Positions 33,911-64,000 of a stretch of 64,000 nucleotides of DNA are shown in pieces. The DNA is from Hormiphora californensis (lineage: Eukaryota > Animalia > Ctenophora), in assembly GCA_020137815.1 (NCBI GenBank), contig CM035353.1, positions 2,108,001-2,172,000 on the forward strand, in the 5' to 3' direction. A program made the translations under genes and the position numbers. How positions within the stretch are numbered: position 1 is the first letter of the stretch; every line of letters begins with the position of its first letter. A model generated the notes under the pieces. The model did no database searches. It was not told the DNA's origin and worked only from the letters and a program-made list of their open reading frames with translations.

Positions 33911-36710
33911 CGTTGCGATCTTAATTGAGGGATTATTTTGCTTGCCTCAATTCAAGAAATCAGAACTGTGTCAAGAGTCGTGTCAAGAGTCGTGTCTGGA
34001 AAGTAAACTTTGTTGTCTGCGTCCGAATCAGCTCACATGTGTTTCTGAACAATCACAGTTGTTACTGAACAATGAACATAACAATCCTCCCATTACTCGA
34101 ATTATAACAAAAGATGGGTATGACATAAGGGAGGGGGCCGTTTAGAGACTGACAATACTATACCCTTCACTTTCCTTGCCAAGTTAGACAATAAAAAGAG
34201 TTTGAACAAAGCAAGCTCGACCCTGTTTTACCGCACCCCGCACGTCAAATATAAAACAACCTACTCCCCCTACAGCTGGTAGCGTCTACCTACTTTACCA
34301 AGCAGAATAAAGGAACCTTCCGTAACTTGTTGATGTATGGACCACCCGGCACTGGCAAGACTCTCTTTGCTAAGGTATGAAAATATGAGTTGTCGACACA
34401 AGTAAACAACCAATCAGAACTCGTATTTAGGTCACGTGACTGGTTGCCAGCCAATCATGGACCAGTATTTCCTAATTCGGTCGGTTCCTGGTATGAAAAT
34501 ATGAATTGTCGACACATCTTTGTCCGTTAGAGGCCGGCCCTCGCCAGATATTTTTCTAATTTTCTTCCCTATCTCCATCACTCATGATATCTTTGAAATA
34601 TACGATAATGATATAAAATTAGGATTGGGATAAGAAATATGTGTGTTACCCCTTCCCTGATCTCTCCCTCCCAATTATATCTTCAGAGGCTTGCCATGTC
34701 GTCTGGGATGGACTATGCCATAATAACTGGCGGGGATATTGCACCCATGGGGAAAGAGGGAGTGACAGCAATCCACAAAGTGTTCGACTGGGGAAACACC
34801 AGTAGGAAAGGGTAAGTTGCAGGAACCGACCGAAACAAGTAAACAACCAATCAGAACTCGTAATTTAGGTCACGTGACTGGTTATCAGCCAATCATGGAC
34901 CAGTATTTCCTGATTCGGTCGGTCCCTGGTAAAAATCTGCCAAAAGGGTTTGGGTTGATTTGATTTGGTATCATGTTGTGATTGAACAACCATTGAATAT
35001 ATTGTCTGACATTTATCGGTATCCCGTTTCCCGATGTAGTACACAGCCGGGTGTTAGTGGTTGCGCCTATGCTCTGCTCGTCTAGCGGTAGAATTGAAAC
35101 ACATAGTTTTATAGTTTTCCAGCTGTAAAGTCCCCCTTCTATTGAAACATATATCAAAGCTGTGTCTTTCTGAAGTCTTCTCTAAGTTCCCCCCGCTCTA
35201 ACTTCTATAATATAATCGCTCAGCAGAAAACCTAAACCTTTTTAGTGACCAATCATCTCAGCTGAACCTAAGTGTGAACCAAAAAGTATGCTGTTCTATT
35301 TTTTGCAAGGCAGCGAGTAAGGATCTGAAGCAGCTAGAGTTTTTACAAGCCCCCTTTATGATGTAAATGAACTGCACCAGAACTGTGCAGTTCCAAGCGG
35401 GGTTCAAAGCTGTAAAGAATGCTAAACGTCCCTGGAAACAATAGCTGCTTCTCAGAACAAGGGTCAAGGTAGTTCATGGGTTTTAATGAGTAGTGCAGAA
35501 TAGAAACTTGCAGACAGCTCTCAATCACAGTAACTAAAATACTAATAAGCGACACCCATGTGTAACACTCATGTAACACTCACATGACACTCACATGACC
35601 CCACCTCCCGCTGCTCCGTACATTTATCCCAGGCCCATTTCTTTCAAAACTAAATTTATCTGACAGGTTGATCCTATTCGTGGACGAGGCTGACGCGTTT
35701 TTGAGGAAACGAACTGAAACCCAGATGTCTGAAGATATGAGGAGCACCCTGAACGCCTTCCTCTATCGAACCGGTGAAAGCAGTAAAAAGTAGGTCATTC
35801 TGAATTATATCCACTTGCAGATCTCCCTACCTATCATAATTTATTTTCTAATTGTTTTTTCCATATTTGGAATATTACCTGCCCCCCCCCCCCCCCCCCC
35901 CCGGGGCACGATATTTACCACCCTGTTTCACCCACAGCGTCATGTTAATGATGGCAAGTAACAGACCTGATCATCTTGATTGGGCCATAACGGATCGGAT
36001 GGATGAAATGGTACAATTTGGACTGCCAGGGTTAGAAGAAAGGGAGAAACTGTTTCAGCTTTATTACAAGAAGTACATATCGGATCTCATTGACAACGGG
36101 TAAATGCATAGTTATTGAAATAATCTTTATGGGCCTGTACAGTTGAAAACGCCCTAATCTCTTACCTCTCCCCTCAAATCTTGCCCCTTCCCTCACCTCT
36201 ACCCACTTCTCCCTCCCCCTTCCCCCTCCTTCCCTCACCTTTACCCACTTCTCCCTCCCCCTTCCCTCACCTCTACCCACTTCCCCCTCCCCCTTCCCCC
36301 TCCTTCCCTCACTTCTCCCTCCCCTCCTTCCCTCACCTCTACCCACTTCTACAGTTCAATACAATGGGAGGAGTTCGATGTTGATGAGACACTTTTGGAA
36401 GCGGCTGAGAAAAGCGAGGGATTCTCTGGTCGGCAAATATCCAAATTGGGCATCGCTCTGCAAGTGAGTGGTATATTAGGGATTTCACAATTTGCAGTTG
36501 TACCGTGAATCGTGATCGTCTTCTCAAATTCAAACAACAAATGACCGAAAAATCACAATAACAATTTCTGTCTTGCAGGCCTCTGTGTATGCCTCACCAG
36601 ACAAGATCTTCCGGCGAGAGATGCTCTTTGAACGGCTAACGGAAAGCATAGCCTCTAACGCACAGAAAAGTGTTTGGAAGCGAGAGGAGGGCATTGAAGG
36701 ACTGATATGA
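10509..36710 (+). CDS. ATAD3: ATPase family AAA domain-containing protein 3 (mitochondrial), 14 exons
   Basis: GT-AG exons in consistent phase: 10509-10620, 10728-10841, 13038-13158, 27199-27308, 27476-27626, 28373-28491, 29049-29224, 30981-31088, 34276-34374, 34687-34811, 35667-35789, 35938-36099, 36355-36463, 36579-36710. Motifs: MGWLW.., [23 protein letters not shown], Walker [28 protein letters not shown], Walker [26 protein letters not shown]. Confidence 0.95.
10960..11544 (-). CDS. Uncharacterised ~194-aa protein, antisense in ATAD3 intron 2 (paralog of 12009-12614)
   Basis: Open ORF with a TTATTTTCAG acceptor ~40 nt upstream. Shares motifs Y.C.G...W, C.HR.PSP, FW..L.E and KRQFD..ST with its neighbour. 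Confidence 0.65.
   Translation of the reverse strand: MEMLLAEGYLCEGNPFWSTDINQPELRAIASWCQDIFCRHRLPSPTSFVEGILDIMNRAQSSTVDIGGSGNADLACARPGFRKILYTVSCSTSFWTWLVDIAEGTLSDIATDTFWRKLRERGGKKVGTFHICGARSKRQFDIASTWYSLEGAVCKKELLPDLLEQVEKKYLTKVAFSPVLFEIFSEVICCTINM
12009..12614 (-). CDS. Uncharacterised ~200-aa protein, antisense in ATAD3 intron 2 (start uncertain, may have an upstream exon)
   Basis: Open ORF with an acceptor (TTGTTACAG) at ~12628 and a donor (GTGAGTA) at ~12667 on the minus strand. Paralogous to 10960-11544. Confidence 0.65.
   Translation of the reverse strand: MSQVKKHTAGDAAFAVKLMKEYVCTGDTNWIDEIGGSLQDKQFFLKIIRSMVCEHRSPSPKDMFDYIGLAYSQKPFRDCMLVAARETLWKMNCKIEFFEHIVKLLQDFTGRPELPFWGVLLEKAYRVVGKSSMCTKNKSKAPLLRKRQFDVDSTVKMLNQVICTGKFYKELIAEIESNYVGSALPSSEVGAEVMCCFLKGG
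13625..14475. repeat. Local tandem duplications with (CT)n tracts
   Basis: Blocks CAACAATGCCTCCTTACCATCAC..AACGATAACCCTTACAAAGAATCGAACA..TGTGCTAGGCGTTCCCATCCCT occur twice; CTTGCTTTATCCTTTCCCAC occurs three times. Confidence 0.75.
15596..18779 (+). CDS. LDLa-GPCR paralog A, same strand inside ATAD3 intron 3; two +1 frameshifts (~16098, ~16250) in this assembly
   Basis: Near-identical to 21108-24297. Intron 18131-18240. Extra A in TGCGAAGGAAGGG and in ATCCAAGGATAAC relative to the paralogs. Confidence 0.85.
19565..19963. mobile_element. Adjacent inverted-repeat (MITE-like) elements
   Basis: ATAACCCCACTGTGTGTCGGGATGAAAT / ATTTCATCCCGACACACAGTGGGGTTAT and TATAAACCACCCCC / GGGGGTGGTTTATA. Confidence 0.6.
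21108..24297 (+). CDS. LDLa-GPCR paralog B (intact, 2 exons), same strand inside ATAD3 intron 3
   Basis: Exons 21108-23646 and 23759-24297. Signal peptide, multiple LDLa modules, [39 protein letters not shown]. Confidence 0.93.
24703..25868. mobile_element. ~1.2-kb insertion with Helentron/DINE-like structure
   Basis: Absent from the equivalent flank of paralog A (19158-19210 reads through). Contains a ~73-bp inverted repeat (24724-24953), microsatellites, the subterminal motif GTGGTCACCTTT and a 3' hairpin GCGCT..AGCGC. Confidence 0.5.
26291..27133. mobile_element. Tc1/mariner(pogo)-type MITE
   Basis: TA|CAGTCGGACCCCGATTTAACGG ... CCGTTAAATCGGGGTCCGACTG|TA. Related ends at ~3490, ~15360, ~20798 and ~54300. 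Confidence 0.85.
28478..28855 (+). repeat. Degenerate tandem repeats that duplicate the ATAD3 exon 6 donor site
   Basis: CATGATCGGGG(C/T)AG|GTGAGTGA occurs five times, plus a degenerate sixth copy. Confidence 0.85.
29517..30782. mobile_element. Foldback/Mutator-like non-autonomous element (1.27-kb near-palindrome)
   Basis: Arms ~580 bp, GGCAATTTCTCATTTGCCGCATACGG...CCGTATGCGGCAAATGAGAAATTGCC. Exact 9-bp TSD AGACTAGGC (29508-29516, 30783-30791). Many internal TAGACGG/CCGTCTA subrepeats. Confidence 0.9.
31037..31324 (+). repeat. 74-bp tandem repeat x ~4 comprising the 3' part of ATAD3 exon 8 plus its GTAAGT donor
   Basis: Units start at 31037, 31111, 31185 and 31259. Confidence 0.92.
31805..33646 (-). 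CDS. DEG/ENaC/ASIC-family ion channel, single coding exon, antisense in ATAD3 intron 8
   Basis: TM1 ([19 protein letters not shown]), [17 protein letters not shown], Cys-rich thumb, CPEPC, and TM2 region [23 protein letters not shown]. Confidence 0.93.
   Translation of the reverse strand: MVILKVFPWTKKDGNDGTTSNTKDLQAATRPVTAPGDDPFLFGFQDLASDYVQVLRENARPRWCKILWWVLVALLGALTVYMVYALLSDYFAYESFNTASTTWTSKLVLPAITICSTNFINYTALEPDLVNYGDTGEFKYIVTQIEKRVAQGRDPSNLKKLDDYKFVSAFEDFVGSIDYKYANDLYGTFVGEYDYKFAGNGNLIGSNEWNKLQGMTQLGRCLEINDDKKFYQTYYSDSAGFTIDASANLADYLFSTRTQGFKVFLRSHDETVMIDQGGFLVQPGTETFFKISAKKAKRLGSRWGTCRNVPSAYSKYGNDSNPHYETVRECLQRQRIELYATKCSCMPWYFVSRMNDQDKQGILDEVIERIKAGDDNPKDDSPDRKRRQTKFRNTVRVPKQHDGKKWAGKGEERSEDGDDRKKRELEDDFYTTPWYDTYTTGTEGPTEFAPFWSDKSENNNYTCSYAELLICEAYIEEQISKGNISLQDCPEPCEYLEWDAEVGSSSFPPSEQYYNEYIKDDWYIEANTSYSYARENFARIHIYYDDLKTTTNEQVKAYEIQNFIAEFGGTVDLFIGFSFFTIFQLMEIGIAFCFYRLHKRRKSTKAIEAAPKL
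34397..34928. mobile_element. Two copies of a ~110-bp MITE-like repeat at the starts of ATAD3 introns 9 and 10 (34397-34490 truncated; 34820-34928 complete)
   Basis: TIR CAGGAACCGACCGAA / TTCGGTCGGT(T/C)CCTG; shared core CCAATCAGAACTCG..GGTCACGTGACTGG..CCAATCATGGACCAG. Confidence 0.75.
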
Positions 36711-37657
36711 GTGTTTATCTAGCTGTTTGTCTTCCTAACGTCGGGGCTAGCCGGCGCTGCAGGAATGGGAAGGAGTTTTTATAATACAGCTGTTTTGTCG
36801 TCCCGATTTGCCAAAGACGTGTCCCGTTGTATCAAACTTTGTCTCAATGTTATGACCCTCTTCATAGAGATGGGTGAGCTTGAGGGGACCCATCATGTCA
36901 GAACTATACAGAGAGATCCCCTCAGAATTCTACAAAGGGATGTCTTTGGCAAATCGGAAGCCTCGCCACATGCGTGTTAGTTTTTGTTTTATAACTTATT
37001 TTTGTAGAACCGGACCTGTCTGTTCATGTGTGTGGTATTGGTATGTGGTAATTTATTATTTTAACCAACACAGCATCTCCTGGTTTCAGTTCTGTGTCAA
37101 TTTATTCACAATGTTGACAATAAGAGCCGTTAAACCGCAGACGCGGCAATAAATATTGTGCGTCGTACACCAATACCGCGCGGTAGACCGGAGTGCGCGC
37201 GGTCCGGTGATTTGAAAACGAAATGTTTTGAGTTTTTTTTCGTTACGAAAAATTGAAAATTCTGGTTTGGCGTTCGTTTTTTAACTTTTTCAAGTTTCAA
37301 CTCGTCTAGCAACGCTACAGTCCATCAGTGCACAGTTTTTTGACGGTCACTATAAGGACTGCAATGTAAAATAAAATTTGCGTGACTTGTCTGAAAATTC
37401 GGTCTCGAAAGTGAAGATCTGCAAGTTTTAGCGATTGAAACTGGTCTGATCTTTAGCCGGATAGGGCAATGTAAGCTATCTATGAAGGACCAAAAAGCTC
37501 CAAATAGTTTATAATTATTATATCTCCGACCCAGCCCCGCAAGCTGTGGGTGACGGGTGGCATGTGTACTGTGGGAGTGTCGTGCGCCACTGTGCCCCGG
37601 CCCCCGTTCTCAATTTCAATAATAAAATACCACCATTATATACCTTTTCAGCTAGGC

Positions 37658-38359
37658 ATGTCTTCATCAGATAGGAGTCATACTATTCTCCTGGTACAAC
37701 CTTCCCACAAACCCACCAGCCGAACATACTGTGACTACGAGACCCTCACGGAGGCCCTAGAAGGAGGTTTCTTTTCTATTTTTTTAGATTCTATACACCA
37801 GTACAAACTTGTAAACTATTCTATTGAAAAGAATCGAAATTATTTACTGATCAGTTAAAACAAGTACCAAATTTCAGTGTGTAAGATATACGAGGAGCAT
37901 TTAAAGGAGTTAAATCCCAGCTCCCTGTCCATCACATATGATATCAGTCAACTGTTTGACTTCATTGATGATCTGAACGATATGGTCTGCATGGTATTCG
38001 CAAGGTTAGTTTACTGAGACTTGCCTAGTCCCCCCCCCCGGGCTTGAACAAAGAAATACTTATTAATAAACCACCGTATTTTCATTTTGTCCCTGTTGAC
38101 CCAGCCGGAAGGAAATATCATCTCTACAGACTATTATCATGCGGCTCATAAACAATTATCCGATACTTATTGATTTAATATTTTCACTCCCTCACCTAAA
38201 CATCTTTCTTTCTTCTTTACCTAAACATGAAACACGACGAACACCAAGTTATTCCGTTAATTGTGTCCTCTTAGGAATAGCAGAAGTTACGAGCCAAAAG
38301 ATAAGGAATGGATAAAGGAGAAGATATACGCTCTACTCAGAAAACAAGCAGGAAAATAG
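37658..38359 (+). CDS. ERH: Enhancer of rudimentary homolog, 3 exons
   Basis: Exons 37658-37766, 37878-38004, 38275-38359. [65 protein letters not shown]. Confidence 0.96.
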
Positions 38360-38652
38360 AACACTCAGCAGAGACCACAAGCTCTCAGGATTTCTGCAAA
38401 CTGTCAGGATTTCTGCAAAGTTTCGAAGACACTTTTGTTGACACCCCTTACCCCGCTGATGATCCAGCCTGTGACAGTGCCTGGTTATCTGTATTTTATT
38501 ACAACTTTTAATATATCCCCAAAGTAATTTATATATTACAACACACATCTTGCGTCAGAATTCTGAAAACTTGCGTTATATTTTGCTCCCCTTTTTACCC
38601 TACATATCTAAATAATCATGTTTAGTAGCTAGGAGGGTGTTAATGTTGTGAT

Positions 38653-60618
<21,966 letters not shown>

Positions 60619-62446
60619 CATGTGTGTTGATTCTTCTCACACCCTGGGTGTGGTGAAGTGTGATTTTTCTCCCACCCTTTTTGTGGTGTGATCTCATTCC
60701 CCCTGTCCCAAAAAAGTAGATTATTTTGTTTTGTTGGGTGAAATTGCCCCCCCCCCCCCCCCCCCGTGAAATTGCTTTGAAAACTATTTTTAGGAGAGTG
60801 TTCAGGGTCTACACATTTTTATATCACACTATGATTTGGGATATATAAACTACTGGGACTCTGGTTAGATAACAACACCTTATTTCTTCTTTTATTTTGA
60901 TATAGTTTACACATCTTTGATTCTGAACGTCTGGTTGTGTGTGTGTGTGTGTTTGAGAATGATATATTGATCTTCGAGTACTGAGTAAAAGTTTAGAGAG
61001 AGAGAGAGAAACGCTCGGGGCCCGTGTGGGAGTGGTGCGTGTAGTGGACCGAAAGAGAAGTGGGATGATTCTCATTGAGATTCCCTCATGGAGGGGTATC
61101 GCCCTCGTCTCTCCCTGCTCACTATTATATCCCCTGGATTTTAGTAGTCTCTTATTCCCCACTTTGGTCATGTTATTCGTTGTTGTTGAGTCGAGAGAGC
61201 ATGCTGAGTGGAAAATTAGTTAATCATCATCATGTTTATAATTATGACTAGATTGAAGGGGAATTTAGATACCATTGATTTAGGCCACATTTTGAAACAA
61301 ACAATCAATAGCTTGACATTTTTGGTAAGATTATGTATGTGCTTTCAACAATCAATTAACTAAGGGTAAAAAATAGAAAATGTGACGTTGGTTTTAGGAT
61401 AGAGAGAAGAGATGCGATAATTTGTGGTTAAACCACTGTTATTTTTTGGATCATTATGTGAATACTTTGTTAGCTATCTTTCAGATATTATACATACGAA
61501 CCTCTGAAAAGGCTGGTTCTTACAATTGTCGCATAATGTACATAATTCACGTGTGATGTATTCAAAATAAACCGATCGTGTTTCCTTTTTTCTCAATCTG
61601 GATCTGACAGTGCCAGACCTCGTTTTGATTCTCTGAGATTGAGAATCAAACCGAGGTCTGGCATCTCAATCTGAGTGTGCGACTGTCTGGCGGCACCAGA
61701 CCCTGATTTGATTTTCAGATGGGGTCTGCGGCAACAGGTGTGCGACAGCTGCCGATGCTCAGACCACGGTTCTCAGGCCAAATTCGTTGACAGTTCCCTC
61801 AGATTTGAAAGGCACACTGGCGCAGTTTTTTGTTGTTTGTGGTGCATTTGTGACGCGCGCAGTTCAAAGTTTCATTCATTGAAATGCGCCGCGCAGGCAG
61901 AATTCAAGTTCAAACCGTTGTTTTAAAAACAGAGAAAGAAAAAAGTTTAAAAACAGGGACCGGTGCCAAAACTCAAAAAGTTCTTGTTTGAAAATTGATT
62001 GTTTGTTTTATCCCCTGACGTGGCCACTGCCCCGGACGCACAGTGCCATGCTGGGCCGAAGGCCCTGCTCCGTCCGTGTCAAAAACTGTCAAACGAAATT
62101 GGTGCTTAAAACTGTATCTCTGAGTTGAAACACAAGCCTTAAAGTGCGTTTCAAACGACTTGACCTAAGATTCCTGGAAATTCAGGATTTCCCCTTTGTA
62201 AATACACGCGCAATGCGCCAAATTCCAAGAATTACGGGTCAAGTCGCTTGAAACGGACTTTAGATTACATCCAGACTATCTTTACAGACTGCCCAGTGCC
62301 CATACCTCCGGCCGCTTTTCATTTTTGAAATTTTGATTTTTTTCAGAAATAGTTGGAGCCATATATCGCCTATAAAATAACCTTAATTATCCGATTATCC
62401 AGGGTTTAGGGCTTGAGGTTTCGAGGGAACACAGCGGGAAACTCGA

Positions 62447-63961
62447 ATGGAACCTATTTTGCAGTTTAGTAAATCAAAAACAATCGAAGGTTTCGGGAGT
62501 CTACTTGGCTACCTTCCCTTTTGTCTGACCCTACTTATTGGCGGCGGGATAGTTGTGTGTTATTGTGTGGCAGTAAGCTTGGGTCATGTTGAAGCGGCAT
62601 TTCCCTACATCAGCGATACGGGCACCTTTCCGCCTGAGAGTTGCATCTTTACACTCTCCCTCAACTGTGCCGCCGTTGTAGGTAATTGCAACTAAAATCA
62701 AGAAGAACAATTCTTTCTTAACTTCCCATAAGAAGAGAACCCCCGAAGAGAACAGTCTCGAATTGAAACAAGATGAGAGTTGTATGTTGGTAGAGTAGCT
62801 CACTGCGGTTTCCGTTTCAGCTATAGCGATATTTACCCTCAAGTACCTCCATGTTAAACAATACAATAGAGGGTGCAGTAGCAGGGTCCGGACCGTCAAC
62901 ACAGCTGGCCTTATCGTCGGTTATATCTCTGCTTTTGGGATTATGGTCGTGGCTGCATTCCAGGTAAAATATTAAGTTTCTTTTTCACCCGAAATGCATT
63001 TCACGATTTTATGTTGTTGACAGATCATCAATTGATTGTTGACGGATCGATTGAAACTGTATTCCCAGGAGACGAATGTGCTGTCAGTTCACGTGTTAGG
63101 AGCAATGATGGCTTTCTTCGGAGGTGAGCAACATATCAAATCTCTTTTTTGAACAACGGATTGGCTTAAAAAATTCGTGTTACGTAATACGTTTTTCGAG
63201 TTTCTCAATGCATCATGCACTTGCCGGTTAATTTTATTATGAAGTTAAGGACCTAGCATCGACTTCTATCCTGTTGTACAGATAAGAAATTAGGTCATCC
63301 ATCTCTTCGATGTTTTTAAACCCAGCGTAGGGGAATGCTAAGAAACTTTAGAAACTACACAATGCTAAGAAACCCTCCCTTCCCGTATAATTCAGGTACA
63401 GTTTATATGTTCCTTATAGCCTCCCTCGGCTTTATGAGGGATGTCAACTTTGGAGTTAACGAGGCGAGGTATAGCCGGGCTCGACTCTGCATGGCTTTCC
63501 TATCACTTGTCAGCTTTATACTCAGTATCCTTTTCAAGCTCCAACAATGTGTGTCTTGTGTTACTGTCTGTAATGTGTCATAATCCCATGTTCAATGTTT
63601 TAATGTTCCACAGTTGTATGGATTTACTTAGGAAATAATTATTATAGTAGGGCTGAACCGTACTCAGTAAAAATATCCTCTTCCAAGACTGACCTGTTCT
63701 GTAATGGACGGCATATAATGATGTGCGTACCATGGCTGAGAATCACCCATAGAATGTCATGTCATTGTATGGGTGTACGAGTCCTAGTGAGTCCTATTGT
63801 GTGTATGACGAGTCCTAGTGAGAAGTGTGTATGAAATCCGTGTGTCATGATCCTTAACCAAACTAAACAACCAATTAGCTATTGCAACGGCCGCCTATGC
63901 CAATAGTGTTTGGGAGCCAGCTGATCCTGATAATGCCCTTCTTTGGTCGCCCCATGATACA
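62447..63961 (+). CDS. DRAM/TMEM150 (Frag1/DRAM/Sfk1 family) membrane protein, 5' part; continues beyond the window
   Basis: Exons 62447-62681, 62821-62963, 63069-63123, 63396-63524, 63879-63961. Motifs GHVEAAFPYISDTGTFPPESCIF, VAAFQE, VHVLGAMMAFFGG. Confidence 0.9.
63525..63878 (+). other. U12-type (minor spliceosome) GT-AG intron
   Basis: 5' site GTATCCTTTT, branch site TCCTTAAC at 63851-63858, AG at 63877-63878, no polypyrimidine tract. Splicing keeps the reading frame. Confidence 0.9.
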
Positions 63962-64000
63962 GTGAGTGCGTGTGAAATGAAGTGTGATCCTGTCACACTG

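Overview
Eukaryotic (animal) genomic DNA, probably a ctenophore. That is an inference from the dense intron-nested genes, the LRR-less LDLa-GPCRs and the 3' splice acceptors just before many start codons. I reconstructed four conserved + strand genes by hand: ATAD3 (14 exons, 10509-36710), ERH (37658-38359), AP2M1/AP-2 mu2 (38653-60618) and a DRAM/TMEM150-family gene (62447 to beyond the window). Eight further genes lie inside the introns of ATAD3 and AP2M1: four close LDLa-GPCR paralogs with patchy hypervariable ectodomains, a pair of related orphan ORFs, an atypical DEG/ENaC channel and a rhodopsin-class GPCR. A fifth, divergent LDLa-GPCR lies upstream. AP2M1 carries two intact, diverged versions of its last exon, which differ at the YxxPhi cargo-binding Trp; a roughly 3.3-kb 39-bp minisatellite lies upstream of them. 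The DRAM-like gene has a canonical U12 intron. The rest is MITEs, a foldback element, a solo LTR, an ORF1-only LINE, and tandem repeats, several of which copy splice sites. All coordinates are hand-derived and no database searches were run.
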